Source of the DNA: Candidatus Latescibacterota bacterium
Lineage (GTDB): Bacteria > Latescibacterota > UBA2968
Assembly: GCA_038279365.1 (NCBI GenBank)
Contig: JAYODI010000103.1
Span: 1 to 15,827, forward strand
Length of the DNA: 15,827 nucleotides
Reading direction: 5' to 3'
The stretch's first letter is position 1. Each line of letters starts with the position of its first letter. This document shows, piece by piece, positions 1 through 6,701 of this stretch. The position numbers and the translations under genes were made by a program. Below the pieces are notes generated by a model. The model was not told the origin of the DNA. It searched no databases and worked only from the letters and a program-made list of their open reading frames with translations.

Positions 1-11
1 ACACGGTTGAT

Positions 12-95
12 CCGTTTGCCGTTTGCCGTTTGCCGTTTGCCGTTTGCCGTTTGCCGTTTGCCGTTTGCCCTTTGCCCTTTGCCCTTTGCCCTTTG
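12..95. repeat. Heptanucleotide tandem repeat (CCGTTTG)x8 followed by (CCCTTTG)x4
   Basis: Read directly: units start at 12,19,...,61 (CCGTTTG) and at 68,75,82,89 (CCCTTTG). Confidence 0.97.
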
Positions 96-104
96 CCTTC
101 CATC

Positions 105-119
105 TGGCACATCAATTGC
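105..119 (+). promoter_or_regulatory. sigma54 (RpoN) -24/-12 promoter
   Basis: TGGCAC-ATCAA-TTGC matches the TGGCAC-N5-TTGC consensus with exact GG-N10-GC spacing and points toward ORF 240..434. Confidence 0.75.
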
Positions 120-239
120 GAACATAGCTTATAGCAGAACAATAACCCAACAAAAAACGCGATAAAACAACACTTTTATTAAAAAATCCCCTTACAACTT
201 AAGGCAAAAACACGCAAAACATTCCCCTTGGAGGAAAAA

Positions 240-434
240 ATGTCCCCTAAAGCCATACAAAGCCTCATCGACATGTTCGGTGTCGAACACGGCGTACAAA
301 TCTTAAATCTATTTACAGCTCCCGAAGATGACGATATTGTCCTTCAGGCACAACAAACTTCGTCCATTCGACAACGTCCAAAAGAGTTGCTTCGCGATGT
401 CACGCTGCCAAGAGAAATACCGCTCAACAAATAA
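240..434 (+). CDS. Small hypothetical protein (64 aa), paralogue of 3256..3435
   Basis: GGAGG at 230-234 lies 5 nt before ATG 240, preferred over the ORF-track TTG at 228. It has a sigma54 promoter upstream and a hairpin downstream, and shares an LxxxF/YGxExGxxxLNxxTA motif with 3256..3435. Confidence 0.75.
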   Translation: MSPKAIQSLIDMFGVEHGVQILNLFTAPEDDDIVLQAQQTSSIRQRPKELLRDVTLPREIPLNK

Positions 435-448
435 TCGCCGGGGGGCAA

Positions 449-496
449 AGGTGCGGAGGGAGCCGGGAAACATTCCCCTCCGCGCCTCTAATTTTT
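449..496 (+). terminator. Probable intrinsic terminator between the convergent small ORF and cysK
   Basis: AGGTGCGGAGGG (449-460) pairs with CCCTCCGCGCCT (476-487) with one G-U pair on the + strand, followed by CTAATTTTT. Confidence 0.55.
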
Positions 497-1433
497 AGGC
501 CTCCATAAATTCGCGCACACTAAAATATCGTTCGCCTGAATCACAAATGATCGTCACAACACGCTTTCCTGGGCCCAATCGACGTGCAACTTGCAATGCC
601 GCAAACACATTGGCGCCAGCTGAAATCCCCGCCAAAATACCCTCTTCACGCCCCAACCGACGCGCCATTTTGATGGCATCTCCATCATCCACACAAACGA
701 TCTCATCAATCACATCTTTGTTCAACACATCGGGCACAAAACCTGCACCAATACCCTGGATCCCATGCAAACCAGGTTCTCCCCCAGACAAAACTGGCGA
801 TTTGCTGGGTTCTACCGCTACAATTTGTACGTGGGGAAATGCCTTTTTTAATATCTCTCCCACACCCGTAATGGTACCACCTGTACCAACACCCGAAACA
901 AACGCGTCTAAACGCCCCTCTGCAGCAGCCAAAATTTCAGGTGCCGTGGTTTGCCGATGTGCTTCTGAGTTGGCTGGGTTTTGAAATTGTTGTGGCATAA
1001 ACATATCATCAGGTGCTTCATCGACCAATCGCTGGGCTTCTGCTACAGCACCAGCCATATCCAAGTGTCCTGGCGTGAGCACCAACTGGGCCCCATAGCT
1101 TTCAAGCAAGTCTCGCCGTTCCCGGCTCATCGAATCAGGCATAGTCAAAATCAACTTGTAGCCTCTGGCTGCAGCAACCACCGCTAAGCCAATGCCCGTA
1201 TTACCGCTGGTGGGTTCTACAATGGTCATATGTGGTTTTAAGCGCCCATCGCGCTCAGCAGCATCAATCATAGACAAACCAATGCGATCTTTTACAGTAC
1301 GCGCAGGGTTCAATGCCTCCATTTTGACCAGCACTTCAGCCATATCAGCTGTCACCAACCGATTAAGCCGAACCAATGGTGTCTGCCCGATTAAATCTAA
1401 AAAATCTTCTACCACCACATTATTTGCTGGCAT
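495..1433 (-). CDS. cysK: Cysteine synthase A (O-acetylserine sulfhydrylase, PLP-dependent)
   Basis: IGQTPLVRL, NPARTVKDR (PLP lysine), EPTSGNTGIGLA, GVGTGGT, HGIQGIGAGFVP, GISAGAN and DSGERY motifs; AAGGA RBS. Confidence 0.95.
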   Translation of the reverse strand: MPANNVVVEDFLDLIGQTPLVRLNRLVTADMAEVLVKMEALNPARTVKDRIGLSMIDAAERDGRLKPHMTIVEPTSGNTGIGLAVVAAARGYKLILTMPDSMSRERRDLLESYGAQLVLTPGHLDMAGAVAEAQRLVDEAPDDMFMPQQFQNPANSEAHRQTTAPEILAAAEGRLDAFVSGVGTGGTITGVGEILKKAFPHVQIVAVEPSKSPVLSGGEPGLHGIQGIGAGFVPDVLNKDVIDEIVCVDDGDAIKMARRLGREEGILAGISAGANVFAALQVARRLGPGKRVVTIICDSGERYFSVREFMEA

Positions 1434-1578
1434 CTATTCATCCTTTTTATAAATACACCCCAAAGCCCCATCTCAAACCCAAATAATATTTCCAATATTT
1501 ATGCCTTTTTACAATATAAAGGCCACATTGAAAGTGATCAACCTCTTTCCAAATGCATACTTACGGTAAAACCATATG

Positions 1579-1607
1579 TTGACAGAGATTTATACACCAC
1601 CTACATT
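1579..1607 (+). promoter_or_regulatory. sigma70-type promoter for 1644..3113
   Basis: TTGACA-N17-TACATT ending 36 nt upstream of the ATG. Confidence 0.7.
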
Positions 1608-1643
1608 TGTACTCCTGCTGCGAATTCTTTAAAAGGTTTTGGT

Positions 1644-3113
1644 ATGCTGAGCAAGCTCTTCATAAAACGAAAAACGGGATCTCGTCTCAGTCCTTTGGCA
1701 CAAACCCTACTCAAGTTATCAGCCATCAACATGAGTTCTGCCAACTGTACCCTCATACTCAATAAAGACAATCATTTAGAACCCGAAGACTTGGGCCGTG
1801 CCCTCTTCTTCAAATCCGACGGCAAACTCCTCATTCGCAATCGCGCCATCTATATCACCACACCCGATCACATCAAAGCAGAAAACCACGACCATTTTCG
1901 AGGGGCCGGCGACATTATCAGTTTGTGGTTTTTACACGAACATGTCCCCCGTAGCATTGACTGTCGTGTGGATGAGCGCGTGCAATTTCCACCAGACCTG
2001 GTATCCACACTCGATCCCAAAGTCGCCATTGGTTACAAACTTACGCCCTTAAGTGATATTTCCAAACAAGACAAACGCAGTTCATTGAGGTTTTCTCACC
2101 AACCAGGTCAGGGCGCCTTACCCGTTTACCCCCAAATTCTCTTCGATCTATTTATTCACAACACCGATCAAACCTATCCAGAAGAAGGGGCCATTGCGCC
2201 ACGCATTGAACACCTGCGCCTCTTGCCCGTTGACGAACAACAACAAAGGCTGTCTTCCGATTTTTTGGCAGAAGAATTGGTACGCCTTTTTAAACAAGAC
2301 ATACGCACCAACCCTTCAGAAACACGCCATGTCCATGTCAGCAAACCATATTTAGAAGAAAAACTCAACCGTTCTGTTTTACTCGAACTGGGCTTTTCAG
2401 ATGTACTGGGATTGGGCAGTGAAGAATTAGGGCGTAACATACATATCAAAAAGCCCATTATTTCTCGCATCAAAGACCGCAGAGACCCTCATTATTTAAC
2501 ATTAGGTGACGTGCTCATCTTGCACTACGGTGCGCGTGCCCAGTTTGACGGCCAGTCTACTTACCACGAGTTGGTCACAGAAATAACCAAAGGCGGTTTA
2601 GAAAACCTCACCATTCGCCCACTCTACACGATTCGCCAAGAGCACGGTCTGCGCGTAACACTCGCCGACTTTAGCGTAAACGGTTTGCGATTTGATTGTT
2701 CAACCGAATTTTTAACTTATATTCTGGGCAAAAATTATCATCAACAGCCCCTTGAAGAGCAAATTACAATCTTACAAAGCCGCATTTTGTTGCTGAATCT
2801 ATATCCCAAACTGCGTTTTAATCGAGATACAGAAATCTATCGTCCTGCACTTCCTAAACGCATTTCTATTTTGGGGAAAATTGTAAGATGTGAAATTGAC
2901 TGGGAAGATGAAGAAGAAAAATTGGGAGGGAAATTGGTGCGGGTAGGCGTTCAATTTATGTACGATCCTGCAGAATACTCACGAGACGTTTATGAATTTG
3001 ACCAATGGGAAAGAATTCGGGCTTTTAAAGAAAACCGCTATTTTAAAGAAGTACACAAATCACTAAACGGTCTCATTGCCTATTTAGAAAGCCAAACCAA
3101 AGACAACACATAA
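1644..3113 (+). CDS. Large PilZ-domain (YcgR-like) putative c-di-GMP effector protein
   Basis: 489-aa ORF. RxxxR motif (KRSSLRF, aa 145-149), DxSxxG motif (LADFSVNGLRF, aa 342-347) and PilZ-like terminal strands (ISILGKIVRC, RVGVQF). Confidence 0.65.
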   Translation: MLSKLFIKRKTGSRLSPLAQTLLKLSAINMSSANCTLILNKDNHLEPEDLGRALFFKSDGKLLIRNRAIYITTPDHIKAENHDHFRGAGDIISLWFLHEHVPRSIDCRVDERVQFPPDLVSTLDPKVAIGYKLTPLSDISKQDKRSSLRFSHQPGQGALPVYPQILFDLFIHNTDQTYPEEGAIAPRIEHLRLLPVDEQQQRLSSDFLAEELVRLFKQDIRTNPSETRHVHVSKPYLEEKLNRSVLLELGFSDVLGLGSEELGRNIHIKKPIISRIKDRRDPHYLTLGDVLILHYGARAQFDGQSTYHELVTEITKGGLENLTIRPLYTIRQEHGLRVTLADFSVNGLRFDCSTEFLTYILGKNYHQQPLEEQITILQSRILLLNLYPKLRFNRDTEIYRPALPKRISILGKIVRCEIDWEDEEEKLGGKLVRVGVQFMYDPAEYSRDVYEFDQWERIRAFKENRYFKEVHKSLNGLIAYLESQTKDNT

Positions 3114-3116
3114 AAA

Positions 3117-3215
3117 AATCAACGAATAAATTCTGATCCGTCAATTCGTTGATTACTCGCAACGCTCGTTGCCGCCTGCGGCTGTGGGTTGATTCGTTGA
3201 TTCGCCCATTTGTTG
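3117..3215. repeat. Intergenic mosaic of degenerate 8-bp units and short inverted repeats (REP-like)
   Basis: AATCAACGAAT (3117-3127) is inverted at 3144-3154 and 3192-3202. Mini-hairpins GCAACG-CT-CGTTGC and GCCGC-CT-GCGGC. Units TGATCCGT/CAATTCGT/TGATTCGT/TGATTCGC. Confidence 0.55.
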
Positions 3216-3221
3216 AATCAA

Positions 3222-3253
3222 AAAAAGGGACGCCAAATTTGGCGTCCCTTTTT
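3222..3253. terminator. Bidirectional intrinsic terminator
   Basis: Perfect 32-bp palindrome AAAAAGGGACGCCAAATTTGGCGTCCCTTTTT between convergent genes. Confidence 0.9.
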
Positions 3254-3255
3254 AA

Positions 3256-3435
3256 TTAAGCATCCTGTAGGGTCCCAGTTTCGAGCGTAAAAAAATTAAC
3301 ATTTTCACGCACGAAGTGGGCAGCTCTATGTTCAGAAATCATTCCAAACTGCCGAGCAGTCATCACATTAAGCAAGTCAAGCCCCTTTTCAAATCCATAC
3401 TTCTTAAACAACGCCTCTGAGTGGTCGCGCATCAT
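3256..3435 (-). CDS. Small hypothetical protein (59 aa), paralogue of 240..434
   Basis: AAGGGGAG RBS directly before ATG ATG (3435/3432), preferred over the ORF-track start at 3486. The stop abuts the terminator and the motif is shared with 240..434. Confidence 0.75.
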   Translation of the reverse strand: MMRDHSEALFKKYGFEKGLDLLNVMTARQFGMISEHRAAHFVRENVNFFTLETGTLQDA

Positions 3436-3592
3436 GCGGTCTCCCCTTAGGATAATAGGATGTGCCGATATAACTCGGCTTGGCATTTTGTGTCATAAGC
3501 ATCCATGCATCTTATGCCAGTTGATATTTGGTAACGAATTGGGTCGTAAATGAGGGGTGTTCCACATCACCTGTAGAACAAAATTTTATGTT

Positions 3593-3790
3593 CTAATCAC
3601 CTCCATCGCTATAGGTTAACGTCTGATACGAGCGCGTCATAAAGAACATCAAATCTTTATCGTTTGTGTGTGTGCCTTGCGCAGGCAGGGGAGAAAACGC
3701 ATCTTTGGCAGAAGGGGCCACCAAAAATGGATTCAACCCACGTTCACCAAACGTAATTGAGCTCGTATCTGTGACGTCCTGTGTAATCAT
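3593..3790 (-). CDS. Small hypothetical protein (65 aa), predicted sigma28-dependent
   Basis: AAGGAGGG RBS 5 nt before ATG 3790 (MITQDVTDTS...), with a near-consensus sigma28 promoter ~50 nt upstream. Confidence 0.7.
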   Translation of the reverse strand: MITQDVTDTSSITFGERGLNPFLVAPSAKDAFSPLPAQGTHTNDKDLMFFMTRSYQTLTYSDGGD

Positions 3791-3842
3791 AATTGCCCTC
3801 CTTGGCAAAGGTCTCGTTATTACTTGATACTACACAGTTATT

Positions 3843-3869
3843 TTATCGGATATTTGGCAGAAAGCTTTA
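3843..3869 (-). promoter_or_regulatory. sigma28 (FliA/SigD) promoter
   Basis: Minus strand reads TAAA-GCTTTCTGCCAAATA(15)-TCCGATAA against the consensus TAAA-N15-GCCGATAA. Confidence 0.8.
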
Positions 3870-3889
3870 GGTAATTTTTACCAATGACC

Positions 3890-3924
3890 AAAAAAAATGA
3901 GAGACATTGAAAAAATGCCTCTCA
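3890..3924 (-). terminator. Intrinsic terminator downstream of the GNAT gene
   Basis: Minus strand: TGAGAGGCATT-loop-AATGTCTCTCA (one G-U) followed by T8. It insulates the sigma28 promoter. Confidence 0.8.
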
Positions 3925-4132
3925 AAAACATAAATACCTTATTATGAGTGTGTTACAAACCCAGGCCTTTTTTTAACCCATTCCAAACAGGCCAATTCAC
4001 ACGCTTCCCTCAACCATCGTAATAACTGCTTTCCAAATAAGCATGTTAGGAAAGAAGAAAAATCTCGGGTGTTTCTTTTTTCTTTTCTCTTCTTTCTTCT
4101 CCCTAATAGATTAAGTGATTTAATCAGCGAGC

Positions 4133-5368
4133 CTAAAGCGAGTCAGCAAGCCAAAAAAAAGAGCCACGCTTAGGAAATAACCGCACCAAAAATGCATCTA
4201 AAGCTGAGTCACCTTCTGGATCGCACAATTGATCCACCCCCAGCAACACACGCACAAAAGCCCCTTCTGAAAGTGCCAAATGCCAATCGACATTTCCAAC
4301 CACATCTACTTCCCGAATCACAACGTCATCACCAACCGTTATTTCCACCTGACGCGTCCCCACAGTCAATCCCAATCGTCCACGCAATTTATGCCCCAAC
4401 ATACGTCGCTTAAACAAGCCAGACATTTGTATCAAAATCTGTGGCATATCCAAAATCTTTGCTTGTAACTCGTGATCTTCGTGAACATCAATCTCTGCAC
4501 CATATTGCGACATCGTAATCAGCAAACGGTTTCTTGGTGGCAAAAAGGCCATCAAGTGTTTGCACCCCACTTGATCCCCCCAAGCCAAACACGCCAGAAG
4601 CAAACGATCTGCACCCACCTCATTCACACACCCCGCTTCATAAATAACCAGTCGATCTCCAGCCCAACAAACCCGCACAAACCCAACATCATCCAACAAC
4701 AAACAAGCATCTTGTTCGGCCACAATACCCAACAAAAGATCATTGCACAGTAACATCGTTTTGGGGTGTTGTGTCTGCAACATCCATTGCCAACGCCGAT
4801 CATCGGCAACAACGGCACCAAATGCCCGATCAGACAAAGACAATCGCGAAAGCAAAGAAACATCATCTATTGTCGCAAGTCGCAATGCATCAGAACAAGG
4901 TAATTCTGCTATGGCCATGTGCGCGTTGGCCTCTACATAGGCCGGAATAAACCCATATTGGGTGTAAAACCTGGGATCTCCTGCCACATGAAGCATCAAA
5001 ACACCTTTTTTACGTGCCAAAACCTCCAAATCACCAATCAACGCACGCCCAATACCTTGTCCTCGAAACGCATGGCCTACCACTACCATTGCAACAATCC
5101 CACCTTGCAATACCACATCACCCAACCCAAACGGGCGCAATGCCAATAATGCATGCCCAATCACTTGCCCATCACAAACAGCAATGCGCGAATGTGCGGG
5201 TGTTGAAAGCACCTGACCATACAACTGGGCAAAGGCATGCCCCACACCAGGGCGAACTTCAAATGCCTCGCTCAACAAATTGCGCACCGCCAGTTGCTCA
5301 GATGAGGTCTTTGCATCTTGAATTTGAAAGGACAAATAAGGGTTCCTAACACGCAACAAATCTTTCAC
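4133..5368 (-). CDS. GNAT family N-acetyltransferase, Eis-like multidomain architecture
   Basis: 411 aa. Acetyl-CoA motif A (VVVGHAFRGQGIGRALI) and FYTQYGF, then a second GNAT-like region and a probable SCP2-like C-terminus. The GTG start is uncertain. Confidence 0.8.
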   Translation of the reverse strand: MKDLLRVRNPYLSFQIQDAKTSSEQLAVRNLLSEAFEVRPGVGHAFAQLYGQVLSTPAHSRIAVCDGQVIGHALLALRPFGLGDVVLQGGIVAMVVVGHAFRGQGIGRALIGDLEVLARKKGVLMLHVAGDPRFYTQYGFIPAYVEANAHMAIAELPCSDALRLATIDDVSLLSRLSLSDRAFGAVVADDRRWQWMLQTQHPKTMLLCNDLLLGIVAEQDACLLLDDVGFVRVCWAGDRLVIYEAGCVNEVGADRLLLACLAWGDQVGCKHLMAFLPPRNRLLITMSQYGAEIDVHEDHELQAKILDMPQILIQMSGLFKRRMLGHKLRGRLGLTVGTRQVEITVGDDVVIREVDVVGNVDWHLALSEGAFVRVLLGVDQLCDPEGDSALDAFLVRLFPKRGSFFWLADSL

Positions 5369-5522
5369 TTATGAATGTATATTTCAAATATATGCAACTT
5401 CGTGCGACATCCGTTACTTGGCAATCTGTCAAGTTTTCGAACAATTGCATAATTGTTATGAGAGCGAATTTCCAAAAACAACCTTAACAATCCAAGCACC
5501 CCCAATTATTCAGGTCATCAAA

Positions 5523-6701
5523 TTACTTTCCAATAGGCAACCAGATCAAAAAAGTAGTGCCGTCACCCGGTACACTATTGGCCGTAATCTTACCCTCATG
5601 ATTTTCAACAATACCTTGGCAAATCGAAAGCCCCAACCCCGTTCCATTTGCCTTCGATGTAAAAAAGGGATCAAAAATACGAGTCAAATTTTCCTCAGAA
5701 ATACCTTCGCCTGTATCGACCACCCTAATTTCAACGCCTTCTTTCTCCTCGCGGTTGCGCAAGACGGTCGTTACCGTCAAATGATCCCCCCGTTTCATGG
5801 CATCCAGGGCATTACCAAACAAATTCAGGAATATCTGCGACATCTGATCCTGATCCACAAAGATTTGCTTTAAAGATCCCAAGTTTTTGGAGATATTAAT
5901 GCCTTTTTTCGATAACTCATGTGACAGCAAATCAACCGCATCAGATATCAGCTTATTGATGTCTATCCAGGTCCTTTCTGGTGGGTGCTGCTTGGAAAAA
6001 TCACGCAAATTATCCAGAATCTTTACCGCCTTTAAAATCTGTTCTACACCAATTCTCAAATTCTTTTGGTGTTCTATGCTCAAACGCTCGTCCAGCTTCA
6101 TCATCTCAAGTCGCCCCGTTGCCACCGTAAGCGGGTTTAAAACCTCATGCACCACCCCTGCAGACAACCGCCCTACAGCCGACAGTTTTTCACTATGTGC
6201 CAGTTCTGAATAAGCACGTTCAAGTTGTTGGCTACGTTCCCTCACCCGTTCTTCCAAATGATCATTCATATCCTGTAATTGCACATTCTGTATCTCAAGC
6301 TGCTCCGACAAGGCACGATTTTCTTGAATCAAACGTACCCGATCAAATCCCATCTTTACTGCCATTTGCATTTCTTGCGAATTCCAAGGTTTTACAATAA
6401 ACCGATGGATTTCACCTTCATTTACACCTGCCGTAATGGTGCTCAAATCAGCGTATCCCGTCAACATAATGCGAAATGTATCGGGCCAACCCAGTCTCAC
6501 TTTTTTCAAAAACTCGGCACCTTCCATTCCTGGCATTCGCATATCAGACACCACCACAGAAACCGTTTCATGCCGTAAAACCTCAAGACCTTCTTCACCA
6601 CTTTGTGCCAGAAAAACTTTATCAGCAACCCGGTTCATTTCACGCTGCAAAGCGTGTAACACATTTTCTTGGTCATCCACGCACAACACAATATCAGACA
6701 T
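5523..6701 (-). CDS. Hybrid response regulator-histidine kinase (REC, coiled coil, HisKA, HATPase)
   Basis: LCVDD / VSDMRMP / IVKPW receiver; H-box VHEVLNPL; NLFGNALDAM, DTGEGI, FDPFFTSK, GTGLGL. ATG 6701 overlaps the stop of the upstream kinase. Confidence 0.92.
   Translation of the reverse strand: MSDIVLCVDDQENVLHALQREMNRVADKVFLAQSGEEGLEVLRHETVSVVVSDMRMPGMEGAEFLKKVRLGWPDTFRIMLTGYADLSTITAGVNEGEIHRFIVKPWNSQEMQMAVKMGFDRVRLIQENRALSEQLEIQNVQLQDMNDHLEERVRERSQQLERAYSELAHSEKLSAVGRLSAGVVHEVLNPLTVATGRLEMMKLDERLSIEHQKNLRIGVEQILKAVKILDNLRDFSKQHPPERTWIDINKLISDAVDLLSHELSKKGINISKNLGSLKQIFVDQDQMSQIFLNLFGNALDAMKRGDHLTVTTVLRNREEKEGVEIRVVDTGEGISEENLTRIFDPFFTSKANGTGLGLSICQGIVENHEGKITANSVPGDGTTFLIWLPIGK

Noticed and set aside
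12-98. Possible CRISPR array
   Set aside because: 7-bp units without spacers, and no cas genes in the window.
195-230. GGCAAA...ACGCAAA as a c-di-GMP-I riboswitch
   Set aside because: There is no P2 stem with a GNRA loop between the motifs and no P3 or P1 pairing.
547-1452. Plus-strand ORFs 547..984, 981..1187 and 1192..1452
   Set aside because: Antisense shadows of the well-supported cysK, with no recognisable motifs.
3500-3520. TGGCATAAGATGC on the minus strand as a sigma54 promoter for 3256..3435
   Set aside because: The GG-to-GC spacing is 8 nt rather than the required 10.
3912-3922. AAAATGCCTCT, whose complement could pair with the 5' end of the candidate sRNA (14583-14593)
   Set aside because: An AT-rich 11-mer match is expected by chance at this scale, and the site is mostly buried in a terminator stem.
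3940-4132. Stop-free minus-strand frame (...LLGRRKKRKEKRN...VTHS) and purine/pyrimidine tract after the GNAT gene
   Set aside because: No ATG/GTG/TTG start with an RBS near its beginning. Low-complexity sequence explains the open frame and the loose hairpin.
5394-5410. TCGCACGAAGTTGC on the minus strand as a sigma54 promoter for the GNAT gene
   Set aside because: Lacks the invariant GG and has 9-nt spacing.
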